Positions 28,770 to 39,566 of a DNA stretch of 64,000 bases are shown piece by piece. The stretch spans positions 11,117-75,116 of the forward strand of contig CALUXY010000001.1 in assembly GCA_944324855.1 (NCBI GenBank), read 5' to 3'. The translations under genes were made by a program, and so were the position numbers. Numbering within the stretch: the first letter of the stretch is position 1; each line of letters opens with the position of its first letter. The DNA comes from Candidatus Gastranaerophilales bacterium (GTDB taxonomy: Bacteria > Cyanobacteriota > Vampirovibrionia > Gastranaerophilales > Gastranaerophilaceae). The notes beneath the pieces were generated by a model. It made no database searches, had not been told where the DNA came from, and saw only the letters and a list, made by a program, of their open reading frames with translations.

Positions 28770-30251
28770 TTACTTATATTGAGCTTCAATTGCTTCAATT
28801 GTCTCTTTAACAGATACTACAAGATTAATATCTTTTGCAAAATCTATCTTTAATTTTTGTTTTAGCTGCTTAAGAGCATCTGATTTTTTATCATCAGGTA
28901 TAATTTTGCTGTCATAAATATTCTTTGATAGCGAATTAGTTACGGCTTCAGCTTGTTTTTCTACAGTCTCCATAAATGCATGTTGATACGCATTATCAAC
29001 ACTTTTACCATTTTTAATAGCATCTGTTACTGCTTTGGTAATTTTTTCGTTAGATTGTCTTCCACTTAAATAATTTTCAACTTGTGATGATATATTGGCT
29101 TGTTGCATTTCTTTCAATTGATCTTTAGAACCGCCAAGAGCTTCAAAACGTTCTGCTGCAGCATCTTTAAGTTTGTGCTGTTCTTTCATTTCTTTTCTCT
29201 CAGCCTTGCTGGATCCTCCAAGCCAGGATGGCATATTACGCTTCCACCAGTTTTTGCCGTCTTTTTGATCGGCTGCAGTATAGTCTGCTCCGGCAGCATT
29301 TATTTGTTGATTTTTCTTAACATTTGCAACAACACTTTCTGTTACCATTTTATCATATACAGCTTGAGCGCCGGCACGTTCTTGTTCTAATTGTGCTCGT
29401 TTTGCATAAAGAGTATCAAGAGATTTTTTATTAGACTTCATAGTTGCTTTCATCTCTGATAATTCTGCTTTTTCAGTCTCAATTTTATCTAATTTTGCAT
29501 CAATTGATTTTTGCCAATCTGTTTTAACTATTGTATTATCTTGATTTACCGTAACACCTACTTCTTTTAAAACTTTTTGAGCTTCTTTAAAAAGTTGATC
29601 GGCTTTCTGTTGTTCAGCTATTGCTGTATCTAATTTGTTTTGTGCAGCATCTAATTCTTTTTGTTTTGTTTTTTTTGCAGTCTTAACTTCTTCTTCTGTT
29701 CCACAAGACTCATCAATAGATTCTAACTCTTGTTTTAAAGCATTTCGTTGAGTTGTTGCGTTAGTAACATTAGTATTAGCTGTATCTAAACCTGTTTTAG
29801 CACTATTATAGTTATTGTTAGCTTCAATATATTTGCTTACTTGTTCTTTAGTAATAGTGCTTCCATCACTTGTTGTTATTGCATTTTTAACCTCAGCTTC
29901 CAAATTTTTTATTGATTGTTCTTTAGCATCAATATCTTCTTGTGATGTACATTCACCTTCTAAGTAACTTATTTGCCCATTAACTTCAGCCAGTTGAATA
30001 TCAATATTATTAAGAGCAGCTTTAGCCTGTTGTTCTGCTGTTTGTTGTGGTGCTGCAGCCGCATCTCCCCCACCATCTGCACCTTCTGCACTTCTTCTGC
30101 TGACCATTCCGGCAAGAAGCAGTCCACCGATTGACGTTGCTAAATTAATCCCAGCACTCAGCATTTCATTCTTAGTAGAACTTGTTGAAGAGGTTGGATA
30201 GGTATTCAGACCAATTAGATTAATATCTCCAAATTTTGACGGTGTAACCAT
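28770..30251 (-). CDS. hypothetical membrane-anchored coiled-coil protein
   Basis: 493-aa ORF with an N-terminal hydrophobic segment (GINLATSIGGLLLAGMV) followed by long A/E/K/Q-rich coiled-coil sequence. Confidence 0.5.
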   Translation of the reverse strand: MVTPSKFGDINLIGLNTYPTSSTSSTKNEMLSAGINLATSIGGLLLAGMVSRRSAEGADGGGDAAAAPQQTAEQQAKAALNNIDIQLAEVNGQISYLEGECTSQEDIDAKEQSIKNLEAEVKNAITTSDGSTITKEQVSKYIEANNNYNSAKTGLDTANTNVTNATTQRNALKQELESIDESCGTEEEVKTAKKTKQKELDAAQNKLDTAIAEQQKADQLFKEAQKVLKEVGVTVNQDNTIVKTDWQKSIDAKLDKIETEKAELSEMKATMKSNKKSLDTLYAKRAQLEQERAGAQAVYDKMVTESVVANVKKNQQINAAGADYTAADQKDGKNWWKRNMPSWLGGSSKAERKEMKEQHKLKDAAAERFEALGGSKDQLKEMQQANISSQVENYLSGRQSNEKITKAVTDAIKNGKSVDNAYQHAFMETVEKQAEAVTNSLSKNIYDSKIIPDDKKSDALKQLKQKLKIDFAKDINLVVSVKETIEAIEAQYK

Positions 30252-30500
30252 TTTGCTCTCCGAAATTTATTTTAGATAGATTAATGCGAAACTCGACCAA
30301 TTCTCACATTTTTACATAATATATGTTATTTGCTCTATCTCTTACAAACATATAAAGTATTTCAAAAATTCCTAATTTCACAACTTACTTATTTCGTTAC
30401 AAAAGTTCACATTCTTTAAACTTTTGTAAATAAATCTGTTAAAAATAGCGGTTTTATACTATAATATGCCAGTGGAATGTAATGAAAGGGAATATTATAA

Positions 30501-31511
30501 ATGGTACTTGAAATGACTTACCCTGAACTTGCCAGAGCAGTTAATCCGACTCACGATATCAAACTTTTTGCCGGCCGATCGAATACCAAACTTGCACAAG
30601 AAATTGCAGATTATTTAGGTACTACTGTCGGACCTATGGTTGTTAAAAATTTTGCGGACGGTGAAATTTATGTTCAGGTAAAAGAAAGTGTTAGAGGTGA
30701 TGATGTATTTATTGTTCAGCCTCTATGTAATCCTGTCAACGAAAATTTAATGGAACTTTTGATTATAATTGATGCTTTCAAAAGAGCAAGTGCCAAAACA
30801 ATAACAGCTGTTATTCCTTATTACGGATACGCAAGACAAGACAGAAAAACTTCCGGTCGTGAAGCTATTACAGCAAAACTGGTTGCGGATTTATTAACAA
30901 CAGCCGGTGCAAACAGAGTTCTTGCAATGGATTTACACACGGGACAAATTCAAGGTTTCTTTAATATATTGGTTGACCATATATTTGCAACTCCTATACT
31001 TGTTGATTATATAAAAGAATTAAACATTCCGCATGAAGAAATGGTTGTTGTATCTCCTGATACAGGAGGAGTTCAACGTTCAAGACATTTCGCAAAACAA
31101 TTGGAATGCCCGCTTGCTATTATTGATAAAAGACGTGATAAACACAATGAAGCTATTGCGGCACACGTAATCGGTGATGTTGAAGGCAAGATTTGTGTAA
31201 TGTTTGATGATATTATTGATACAGCAGGTACGATTACCGAAGCTGCAAAACTTTTAAAAACAAAAGGTGCTAAGAAAATTTATATTGGGGCTGCACACGC
31301 TGTATTTTCAGGACCTGCATTGGAAAGAATTGAAAATGCTCCGATTGAAGAATGTATCGTAACAAATACTATACCTTGGGATGCCGATAAACTTCCGGCT
31401 AAGGTTAAACAATTGTCTGTTGCGCCATTATTAGGTCAAGCAATTTCAAGAATCCACGACGATGAATCAATAAGTTCATTGTTTGGATTTGAAAAAGAAA
31501 TGAAAGTGTAA
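30501..31511 (+). CDS. prs: ribose-phosphate pyrophosphokinase
   Basis: DLHTGQIQGFF, VSPDTGGV and the PRPP-binding MFDDIIDTAGT motif. Confidence 0.9.
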   Translation: MVLEMTYPELARAVNPTHDIKLFAGRSNTKLAQEIADYLGTTVGPMVVKNFADGEIYVQVKESVRGDDVFIVQPLCNPVNENLMELLIIIDAFKRASAKTITAVIPYYGYARQDRKTSGREAITAKLVADLLTTAGANRVLAMDLHTGQIQGFFNILVDHIFATPILVDYIKELNIPHEEMVVVSPDTGGVQRSRHFAKQLECPLAIIDKRRDKHNEAIAAHVIGDVEGKICVMFDDIIDTAGTITEAAKLLKTKGAKKIYIGAAHAVFSGPALERIENAPIEECIVTNTIPWDADKLPAKVKQLSVAPLLGQAISRIHDDESISSLFGFEKEMKV

Positions 31512-31550
31512 AAGATATTAAAATATCTCTTAAATAAGGGGCATTTGCAG

Positions 31551-33908
31551 TTAATTTATATCAACAACACTAACACCATCGCCGCCTTCGGTATTTTCAC
31601 CCGGGCGGTATTTACATACGTAAGGTGACGTTGAAAGGAAATCTCTGACACTCTGTTTCAATGCTCCGGTTCCGTGACCGTGAATTATAAATACAGGAGT
31701 CAGATTATACAAGCTCGCTTTATCAAGATATGCTTCCAATTCATCCAATGCTTCTTCTACTCTAAACCCTCTCAAATCCAGAGTATTAGACATTGAATAC
31801 CGTTTAATTTCAACCGGTTCAATCAGTTTTTTCGGTGCATTCGGTTTTCTCATCAATGATTTATTCAATACGGCAAGTTTATTCTTTTTCATTTTGGTTT
31901 TGATATTCCCCATCAACACAAGAACATTATCATTCTTATCCGGAAGTTCCAAAAGTTCTACTTCCTGGTTCAAATCCTTGACCATAAATACATCATGAGG
32001 TTTTGCGATACTCCAATCTATTTCCTCATACTTTTCTGCCTCAATTAATTCGTTTACGCCTTTATGGAATTTTGATTCTAAATTCGCAAGTCTTGAATAA
32101 GAACGTCTTGCAATCTTTTCAGATTTTTCTTTTCTTAAATTATAAAGTATGTCTTTGATTTCAGACTTAACTCTATCCATTTCGCCTTCAAATCTGGCTT
32201 TTATCTGTTTGATTGTTTTATTTTTATCTTTTTTAAGTTCTGTAAGTTTCTTTTCGTATTCTTTTTTTAACTCCTCAACTTCTGATTTTGTATCTTCTGT
32301 TTCCTGCAAATTAGCACTCAAGCGGTGATGTGTATCCTGTAATTTTTCTACAACGGTTGATGACAAATCCCGATGATTATTCAACAAATCCTTTGCCTCA
32401 TCAACCAGAGTATTATCAAGCCCCAGCATAGAAGATACAGCAATTGCGTTGCTCAATCCCGGAATACCGATTATGAGTTTATAAGTTGGAGATAACGTTG
32501 ATGTATCAAATTCAACGCTTGCATTCTTAAAATATCTGTCAGTATATTCAAGTGATTTTAACTCTCCGTAATGTGTTGTTGTCACACAAACAGAATGTAA
32601 ATCTTTCAGTTTTTTTAGGATAACTTCCGCTAGTATTGCCCCTTCCTGCGGGTCGGTTCCGGCACAGAGCTCATCTATCAATACAACCGTTTCAAAATCT
32701 GAATTGTTTATGATATCTATAATAATTTTCATATGAGATGAAAATGTCGACAGGTTCTGTAATATATTTTGTTCGTCACCGATATCTGCGAAAACTTTCC
32801 TGAACGGGTAAATTTTGCAGGCTCCGCACGGCAAAAACATTCCGGATTTTGTCATCAAAAGAAATAGCCCGACAGTCTTTAGTGCAACCGTTTTCCCGCC
32901 GGTATTTGAACCTGTAATTATAATTGACTTGTAATCTCCGCCTATTGAAAAATCATTCTCTACAATTTTTTCTACTCTGCCAATTAATAATGGATGACGC
33001 ATTTCTTCAATTTTTATGATTTTGTCTTCTGCCAATTCAGGTTTAACCGACTGAGTTTTTACCGAATATCTCGCTTTTGTGAAATGGAAATCTATTTCCG
33101 CTAAAATATCAACCGATTTTCTTATTTCATCAAGATTACTTTTTATAGCAGATGTTAATTCAATCAGAATATGAATAATTTCGCCCCTTATTTTGGCGTT
33201 AACCTCTCTGATTTTGTTATTCAAAGGTACAATCTGAGACGGTTCTATATAAAATGTCTTGCTTGTTGCAGAAACATCATGCACAATTCCGTCAATTTTG
33301 TTTTTGGAAGGTGCTTTAACCTGAAATACAACTCTGTCATCCCTTATTGTATAAATATTTTCCTGCAAATGTTTATTAAAATCAGGCGTATTTAATAATT
33401 TTGTAACGGTATCTTTTAACTGAGTCTGTGTATCTTTCAATGACGAATACAAGCCGCTTAGAGTCGGTGTAGCATTTGGCCGGACTTCATAATTTTCATC
33501 AAACGTATCTGAAACCCTGTCTTCCAAATCTTTATCAACAAAAAGGTTATATGCAAGACCGTTTAATAGAGATTCATTTCCTGCATTTTCTCTCAAAAAA
33601 CTTTTAACAAGCCGTGAAGTTCTTAATGTTTTTGCAAAATCAATCAGTTCTGTTTCCGAGAAATATTCTACATTTAAACGTACATTTTTTATATCAATCA
33701 CAAAATCAAGCGGAATATCCATTGCATAATCAAGAATACGTCTTGCCTCATCCGTAAATTGAAGAGATTCTTCTATTTGTTTTCTGTTATCCGAGGGCAA
33801 AAGATTCAAGCACAATTCTTTCGACTGCTTTATCTTAGAACAGCCGGCCAAAAGTTCCAAAACTTTCTCATATTCCAATGATTTTCTAGTTTGTTCCATC
33901 AAATCCAT
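31551..33908 (-). CDS. mutS2: endonuclease MutS2 (with C-terminal Smr domain)
   Basis: ITGSNTGGKT Walker A and LIDELCAGTDP. The Smr domain shows LDLRGFRVEEAL...IIHGHGTGALK. Confidence 0.9.
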   Translation of the reverse strand: MDLMEQTRKSLEYEKVLELLAGCSKIKQSKELCLNLLPSDNRKQIEESLQFTDEARRILDYAMDIPLDFVIDIKNVRLNVEYFSETELIDFAKTLRTSRLVKSFLRENAGNESLLNGLAYNLFVDKDLEDRVSDTFDENYEVRPNATPTLSGLYSSLKDTQTQLKDTVTKLLNTPDFNKHLQENIYTIRDDRVVFQVKAPSKNKIDGIVHDVSATSKTFYIEPSQIVPLNNKIREVNAKIRGEIIHILIELTSAIKSNLDEIRKSVDILAEIDFHFTKARYSVKTQSVKPELAEDKIIKIEEMRHPLLIGRVEKIVENDFSIGGDYKSIIITGSNTGGKTVALKTVGLFLLMTKSGMFLPCGACKIYPFRKVFADIGDEQNILQNLSTFSSHMKIIIDIINNSDFETVVLIDELCAGTDPQEGAILAEVILKKLKDLHSVCVTTTHYGELKSLEYTDRYFKNASVEFDTSTLSPTYKLIIGIPGLSNAIAVSSMLGLDNTLVDEAKDLLNNHRDLSSTVVEKLQDTHHRLSANLQETEDTKSEVEELKKEYEKKLTELKKDKNKTIKQIKARFEGEMDRVKSEIKDILYNLRKEKSEKIARRSYSRLANLESKFHKGVNELIEAEKYEEIDWSIAKPHDVFMVKDLNQEVELLELPDKNDNVLVLMGNIKTKMKKNKLAVLNKSLMRKPNAPKKLIEPVEIKRYSMSNTLDLRGFRVEEALDELEAYLDKASLYNLTPVFIIHGHGTGALKQSVRDFLSTSPYVCKYRPGENTEGGDGVSVVDIN

Positions 33909-33936
33909 ACTAAAATCATACCACAGAGAGACACAA

Positions 33937-33965
33937 TTGACTTATTGTATCGAATACGATACAAT
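33937..33965 (+). promoter_or_regulatory. TA-module promoter with embedded palindromic operator; probably leaderless transcript
   Basis: TTGACT (33937-33942), 17-nt spacer, TACAAT (33960-33965). The palindrome TTGTATCG-AATA-CGATACAA (33945-33964) spans the spacer and -10. The toxin ATG at 33972 lies 6 nt after the -10, with no SD. Confidence 0.5.
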
Positions 33966-33971
33966 AATAGT

Positions 33972-34298
33972 ATGAAGGAAATCAGACAATATGTAAAACA
34001 AAATGGAAAATCTCCATACGCAGAGTCTATAAAGAAATTTGATAAGTCTGTAAGAACAAGAATAGAAATGCGGCTGGCACGTGTTAAACATGGAAATTAT
34101 GGCAATGTGAAGCAATTATCAAATAATTTATATGAATTAAAATGTACTTTTGGTAATGGGGTAAGAATATATTTTACTGAAGTTGAAAATATTATTATCG
34201 TTTTATTATGTGTTGGAGATAAATCTACGCAAGCCAAAGATATACAGAATGCCAAAGAATATATAAATGATTTATTTGAAAGAGGAACATATGAATAA
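33972..34298 (+). CDS. type II toxin, RelE/HigB-like 'addiction module killer' family
   Basis: GNYGNVKQLSNNLYELKCTFGNGVRIYF pattern typical of this family. It overlaps the downstream antitoxin gene by 8 nt. Confidence 0.7.
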   Translation: MKEIRQYVKQNGKSPYAESIKKFDKSVRTRIEMRLARVKHGNYGNVKQLSNNLYELKCTFGNGVRIYFTEVENIIIVLLCVGDKSTQAKDIQNAKEYINDLFERGTYE

Positions 34299-34614
34299 TA
34301 TAGATATTAATAAGTTAAAAGAAAATACAATTTCTCATGAAGAATATTTAATCAAAGAATTGCAAGATACAGAGTATCAGAAAGAATTTCTCAATGCTAC
34401 AATTGAAGAATTTTTAGAAGACGGTGATTACGATTTATTCTTCCAATCTCTTGAACTTGTAATTAAAGCCAGAGAATCTGTATCTGAATTTGCTAAAAAG
34501 GCTGGCGTTACACGTGCCGCCCTTTACGAAATGTTTAAAGGAGAACGTGTACCAAGGCTTGATACTGTCGGAAAAATTCTTAAACAGTTAGGGTTTAAAT
34601 TAAATGTAGCTTAA
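34291..34614 (+). CDS. type II antitoxin, HigA-like HTH 'addiction module antidote' family
   Basis: ATG at 34291 follows an AGAGGA SD. The C-terminal HTH is FAKKAGVTRAALYEMFKGERVPRLDTVGKILKQLG. Confidence 0.7.
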   Translation: MNNIDINKLKENTISHEEYLIKELQDTEYQKEFLNATIEEFLEDGDYDLFFQSLELVIKARESVSEFAKKAGVTRAALYEMFKGERVPRLDTVGKILKQLGFKLNVA

Positions 34615-34644
34615 TTCTTTTGAGTATTAATACATAATTAACTA

Positions 34645-35421
34645 CTATGGCTTGCCGCCTTTACCGCCCGTAAGTTTACCAATAACAATACCAAGTACGA
34701 TTGACAATGTTTGAGAAATTAACGGTTTTACATTTTCATTAAAGAATTCCTGACGTTTATCTATTTTGCGCTCCCAGTTGCGAATGATAGATTTACCCGG
34801 TTCTATTGCAACAATGTTTCCGTTTATAACTCCCGGACAAAAACTGTTACAATCCAACATAAGTGTTACGATATCTTTTGTATCTGAATCTCTTGGAACA
34901 GGTGAATCTGGAACTTTGATAGAATAAGGTTTGTTATCTATGCTTCCAGAAATATACAAATCATCCGGTATATATAATCTATTCCTTATAATCTTGTTAT
35001 AAATTTCTTTAGATTTTGCTTCTCGCGGATAAGAAAGAGTTAAATCAATATCTTTGTTATTGTATTTACCTTTGTAATTTATTAAAATAAATTCCGGTTC
35101 AAGTTTATGTGAAGATTCTAATTCAAATTTTTTACCGCCGATAACTCCTTCTCTGTATATTTTTTTATTTTTATGGTCATAGATTGTTTTTATACAAGCA
35201 TCCTGATTATTTATTTTGCCTTCATCAACACAAAGCCCTTCACCTGAAAGATCTTTGTTTGTCTTCAAAAGAGAATACATTTCTAGAAACGATGCGGAAT
35301 CCGGCTTTTGTGATAAATCAACCTTGTTATCGCCGTTGAAATTTGTAGGAGCTGTATCGCTACCCGGTTGAACAGGATTCCCACCATGCAATCTTATATA
35401 ATCATCAATCATATTTCCCAT
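34645..35421 (-). CDS. hypothetical protein with C-terminal membrane anchor
   Basis: 258-aa ORF. The N-terminus MGNMIDDYIRLHGG is shared with the 21500-23533 ORF. The C-terminus is a hydrophobic LSIVLGIVIGKL followed by GGKGGKP. Confidence 0.45.
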   Translation of the reverse strand: MGNMIDDYIRLHGGNPVQPGSDTAPTNFNGDNKVDLSQKPDSASFLEMYSLLKTNKDLSGEGLCVDEGKINNQDACIKTIYDHKNKKIYREGVIGGKKFELESSHKLEPEFILINYKGKYNNKDIDLTLSYPREAKSKEIYNKIIRNRLYIPDDLYISGSIDNKPYSIKVPDSPVPRDSDTKDIVTLMLDCNSFCPGVINGNIVAIEPGKSIIRNWERKIDKRQEFFNENVKPLISQTLSIVLGIVIGKLTGGKGGKP

Positions 35422-35520
35422 ATAAATATAAAGAATATTTATGGTTAAAAATTGACTTTAAATACACAAAGCATTACAAAATATTACATACATGATTTCT
35501 GTTTACTATATAATGTTCTT

Positions 35521-37326
35521 ATGAAGTACAGAGAAAATGTAAGAAATTTTTGTATAATAGCACATATTGACCACGGAAAATCAACGCTTGCAGACAGACT
35601 TTTGGAAGCAACAGAAACAATTGCTCCGAGAGATATGCAAAACCAGTTGATGGATACAATGGATATTGAACGTGAACGCGGGATTACTATCAAACTTAAT
35701 TCTGCAAGAATGCATTATAAGGCTGATGATGGAAAAGACTACATTTTAAACCTTATTGACACTCCGGGACACGTAGATTTTTCGTATGAGGTTTCACGTT
35801 CGCTCGCTGCTTGTGAAGGTGCATTATTAATTGTTGATGCGACTCAAGGTGTAGAGGCACAAACGTTAGCAAATGTATATCTTGCAGCAGAACAAAATCT
35901 TGAAATTATTCCTGTTATAAATAAAATAGACCTGCCGTCTGCTGATGTTGAAAGAGTAAAAGAAGAAATTGAAGAAACACTCGGTATTGATGCATCTATG
36001 GCTATTCCTGTCAGTGCAAAAACAGGTGAAAACATTCACGAAGTATTAGAGGCTATCGTAAATTACATGCCGCCGCCTGAGGATAACATTGATAAACCTT
36101 TAAGAGCACTGGTATTTGACAGTGCGTATGATCCTTATTTAGGAACTCTTTGTTATTTCAAAATAATTGACGGAGAAATGAATCTTGGTGACAGGGTAAA
36201 ATTCCTTGCATCAGGAAAAGAATATGAAATTGTTGAACTGGGATATTCAACTCCTAACAGAGTACCCGTGAAAAAACTTATTTGCGGTGATGTTGGTTAT
36301 TTTGCAGGCTCAATTAAAGAAATTACACGATTTGTCGGTGATACCGTTACAAACGCAGAAAATCCTGCGAAAGACCCGCTTCCGGGGTATAAAGAAGCAC
36401 TTCCGATGGTATTTTCAGGACTTTATCCTGTAGATAACGAAGATTACCATGAACTCAAAGAAGCATTAGAAAAACTAAAATTAAGCGACAGCAGTATTAC
36501 ATTTGAACCTGAAACATCATCTGCTCTCGGATTTGGATTCAGGTGCGGATTCTTAGGAATGCTTCACATGGAAATAGCGCAGGAACGGCTTGAAAGAGAA
36601 TATGACTTGGCAATTGTCACAACCGCACCGTCTGTTGTATACAAAGTTCACAAAACTGACGGCGAAGTTGTAGAAATTGATAATCCGGCAAACCTGCCGC
36701 CGGCTCAGGTCAGAGATTATATTGAAGAACCGTATGTAAAAGCATCTATAATCACTCCAAACGATTTTGTCGGAACACTTATGGATTTATGCCAGTCAAA
36801 ACGTGGAATATTCATAAACATGCACTATATAGATAAAGTCAGACAGGAACTTGTTTATCATATTCCACTGAGCGAAGTTATTACAGATTTCTATGATCAA
36901 TTAAAGTCCAGAACAAAAGGGTATGCAAGTTTAGATTATGAATTTGTTGACTACAAACGCTCAAAACTCGTTAAGCTTGATGTATTGTTAGCCGGTGAAG
37001 TTGTTGATGCTCTGTCTGTAATCTGTCACGAAGACAGTGCATTCCATATCGGTCAAAAATTAACCGCAAAACTCAAAGATATTATTCCGCGGCAGTTATT
37101 TGAAGTTCCGATACAAGCAGCAATCGGCGGACGGGTTATTGCAAGAACAAATATCAAAGCATTAAGAAAAAGCGTACTTGATAAATGTTACGGCGGCGAT
37201 ATAACCAGAAAAAGAAAACTGCTTGAGAAACAGAAAAAAGGTAAAAAGCGTATGAAAGCTGTAGGTAAAGTTGAAGTACCTCAAGAAGCATTCATGGCTG
37301 TTCTTAGTTTGAATGAGGAGGGGTAA
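35521..37326 (+). CDS. lepA: elongation factor 4 (LepA)
   Basis: [25 protein letters not shown] and NKIDL GTPase motifs, plus a LepA-specific C-terminal region. I chose the ATG at 35521 ([10 protein letters not shown]). Confidence 0.9.
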   Translation: MKYRENVRNFCIIAHIDHGKSTLADRLLEATETIAPRDMQNQLMDTMDIERERGITIKLNSARMHYKADDGKDYILNLIDTPGHVDFSYEVSRSLAACEGALLIVDATQGVEAQTLANVYLAAEQNLEIIPVINKIDLPSADVERVKEEIEETLGIDASMAIPVSAKTGENIHEVLEAIVNYMPPPEDNIDKPLRALVFDSAYDPYLGTLCYFKIIDGEMNLGDRVKFLASGKEYEIVELGYSTPNRVPVKKLICGDVGYFAGSIKEITRFVGDTVTNAENPAKDPLPGYKEALPMVFSGLYPVDNEDYHELKEALEKLKLSDSSITFEPETSSALGFGFRCGFLGMLHMEIAQERLEREYDLAIVTTAPSVVYKVHKTDGEVVEIDNPANLPPAQVRDYIEEPYVKASIITPNDFVGTLMDLCQSKRGIFINMHYIDKVRQELVYHIPLSEVITDFYDQLKSRTKGYASLDYEFVDYKRSKLVKLDVLLAGEVVDALSVICHEDSAFHIGQKLTAKLKDIIPRQLFEVPIQAAIGGRVIARTNIKALRKSVLDKCYGGDITRKRKLLEKQKKGKKRMKAVGKVEVPQEAFMAVLSLNEEG

Positions 37327-37440
37327 ATGATACGGTTTAAAACCGGTTTACTCATAAAAATGTATTGGTTGAAATATCGATTACTCGTTTAAAATAAGGT
37401 TGTTTACCCACTTAAAATAAAGTATAAAAGGAAAAATAAT

Positions 37441-38061
37441 ATGATTGATAATTTACTAATATGGCTTAGTTCAACAATGGAACATATAATAACTGTTTTA
37501 GGTCCCTGGGGGGTAAGTTTATTAATGGCAATTGAATCCTGCAACATTCCATTACCGAGTGAGGCTGTGTTACCTTTTGCTGGAATACTTGTAAATAAAG
37601 GGGTTATGAATTTCCATGTTGCAGCAATATTCGGAGCAATCGGCTGTGTTTTAGGTTCTATCCCTTCATACTATCTTGGATATTTCGGCGGCAGACCGTT
37701 TGTTGAAAAATACGGGAAATATTTTCTTATATCGCATAAAGACCTTGAAGAAGCTGATGCATGGGTTGATAAATACGGAGATTGGGCATTCTTTCTTTGC
37801 CGGATGCTGCCTGTTGTAAGAACATTTATCTCTTTACCGGCAGGAATCCTAAGAGCAAGAAAAAGAACATTTTTCACTCTGACATTTTTAGGTTCTTTGA
37901 TTTGGTGTTACTTGCTTGTTTATGTCGGTGTAAAAATGGGGGAAAATATGGAAGCTCTAAAACATATCTGGCATAAATTTGATGCTGTTATTATAATAGC
38001 GTGTCTTATTTTAGGAATTTTATACGTTTATAAACACTTTAAACACCTAAAAGAATCCTAA
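37441..38061 (+). CDS. dedA: DedA-family membrane protein
   Basis: Multi-TM protein with LPSEAVLPFAG and RMLPVVRTFISLPAG motifs. Confidence 0.8.
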   Translation: MIDNLLIWLSSTMEHIITVLGPWGVSLLMAIESCNIPLPSEAVLPFAGILVNKGVMNFHVAAIFGAIGCVLGSIPSYYLGYFGGRPFVEKYGKYFLISHKDLEEADAWVDKYGDWAFFLCRMLPVVRTFISLPAGILRARKRTFFTLTFLGSLIWCYLLVYVGVKMGENMEALKHIWHKFDAVIIIACLILGILYVYKHFKHLKES

Positions 38062-38140
38062 TGTAACAATTAATTTACATCCTAACAAAAAACTCGTAAA
38101 AAATGTTTTATAACTAATATAATAAGTTAGGAGGTAAGAT

Positions 38141-38482
38141 ATGCTGAAGGTAGGATTAGGAAATACAAATTTTAGAGCAGTAAATTTCAAAAAAGATGAA
38201 AACAAACAACAACCTCAACCTTTAGCCGGGAAAATTGTTCAGCCGGAACCGAAAAAACCTGCTGAAAAATTACCGGGTTACGCTTATCCTCCGATTGCCG
38301 GACTGATAGCTCCGCCAAAAGTTCCTAAAGCTCCAACACCTACAGTTGTACCACCTTTGGCTGGTGTAATAACACCGCCAATGCCAAAGAAACCTGAAAC
38401 AACTCCGGATGTTGTACCGCCTTTGGCTGGCTTGATTCCTGCTCCGGAACCGGAAAAAATTAAAGAAGACGAGAAAAAATAA
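38141..38482 (+). CDS. Pro-rich protein with four P-[LI]-A-G-x-I-x-x-P repeats (candidate modified-peptide precursor)
   Basis: AGGAGG SD 7 nt upstream of the ATG. Repeats are PLAGKIVQP, PIAGLIAPP, PLAGVITPP and PLAGLIPAP, separated by P/K-rich spacers. The stop lies 3 nt before the radical SAM gene ATG. Confidence 0.55.
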   Translation: MLKVGLGNTNFRAVNFKKDENKQQPQPLAGKIVQPEPKKPAEKLPGYAYPPIAGLIAPPKVPKAPTPTVVPPLAGVITPPMPKKPETTPDVVPPLAGLIPAPEPEKIKEDEKK

Positions 38483-38485
38483 TTA

Positions 38486-39496
38486 ATGTACAAACTTTAT
38501 ACTGCAACAATAGAAATAACAAGGAGATGTAATGCGAAATGCGTACATTGCATTATTGGTGCGGGGCAAGCTAAACCGGAAGAATTAACAACCAATGAAA
38601 TCTTAACACTTATTGAAGACATGAGTGATTTAGGATGTCAAAATATTGCTCTGACAGGCGGAGAACCTTTTTTAAGGAAAGAATGGCCGTTATTTTTGCA
38701 AAAGATATCAAGCCTTGATATGCAGACAATATTTATGACAAACGCAATGCTGATTAATGATGATGTCATAAATATTTTAAAGCTTTATCCAAATATCGGA
38801 ATGGGAATTAGCCTTGACGGGGCAGATAAAGAAACTCACGATTATGTTAGAGGTATTCCAGGGATTTTTGACCATTTCTGTGAAATTGTTCCGAAACTAA
38901 AAGCGGCCGGGATTTATATTGCAGTTCCAACCACCGTTATGCAATCCAATTATGACAAATTGGAAGCTATAAGAGATTTGTTAATAAATTTGGGTGTTGA
39001 TGCCTGGCAGCTGCAAATTGTAAAACCGAGTGAACGGCTTCCGGAATCTGAATTGTTAACGGAAGAACAGTACTACAAACTTGCAGAAAATATTGCAGAT
39101 TGGAGAGAAAAATATTCCGACAAAATTAATATAATGGAATCTGATTGTATCGGGTATTATTCAAAACTTCAAGATAAGCTTTATATTCAAAATTGGCGCG
39201 GATGCGAATGCGGAATATATTCCGTAAGTATTGAAAGTGACGGAAATGTAAAAGGCTGCCCTAATATGAACAATTCTGAAGGGAATATTAAAACAAGACC
39301 GTTTAAAGAAATCTGGGCGGATCATAATTCTTTTAAATACAATCGTTGTCCTGATATTGAAACTCTAAAAGGTTACTGTCAGGAATGTAAACACAAATAC
39401 ATCTGCCGCGGAGGCTGTCCGACAAATCCTAAAACAAAATCCGGCGGTGCGTTTTGTTTGTACAAAATTGAACAAGTTGGTATTGATAAAACTTAA
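38486..39496 (+). CDS. radical SAM enzyme with C-terminal SPASM/twitch-type Cys-rich domain
   Basis: CNAKCVHC (CxxxCxxC, nt 38528-38551) and GGEPFL. The C-terminal region reads CECG...DGNVKGCPN...CQECKHKYICRGGCP. Confidence 0.85.
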   Translation: MYKLYTATIEITRRCNAKCVHCIIGAGQAKPEELTTNEILTLIEDMSDLGCQNIALTGGEPFLRKEWPLFLQKISSLDMQTIFMTNAMLINDDVINILKLYPNIGMGISLDGADKETHDYVRGIPGIFDHFCEIVPKLKAAGIYIAVPTTVMQSNYDKLEAIRDLLINLGVDAWQLQIVKPSERLPESELLTEEQYYKLAENIADWREKYSDKINIMESDCIGYYSKLQDKLYIQNWRGCECGIYSVSIESDGNVKGCPNMNNSEGNIKTRPFKEIWADHNSFKYNRCPDIETLKGYCQECKHKYICRGGCPTNPKTKSGGAFCLYKIEQVGIDKT

Positions 39497-39566
39497 CATA
39501 TTGATAAATATTAGCAAAAAACCTAAAAAAAATGTTTTATTATAAACATAAAGAAGGTTTATAAGT

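Noticed and set aside
37327-37392. 21-codon mini-ORF (MIRFKTGLLIKMYWLKYRLLV) starting at the GGGGTAAATG junction after lepA.
   Set aside because: It is too short and has no supporting feature beyond the SD-like G-run that belongs to the lepA 3' end. The other GGGGTAAAT copies do not start ORFs.
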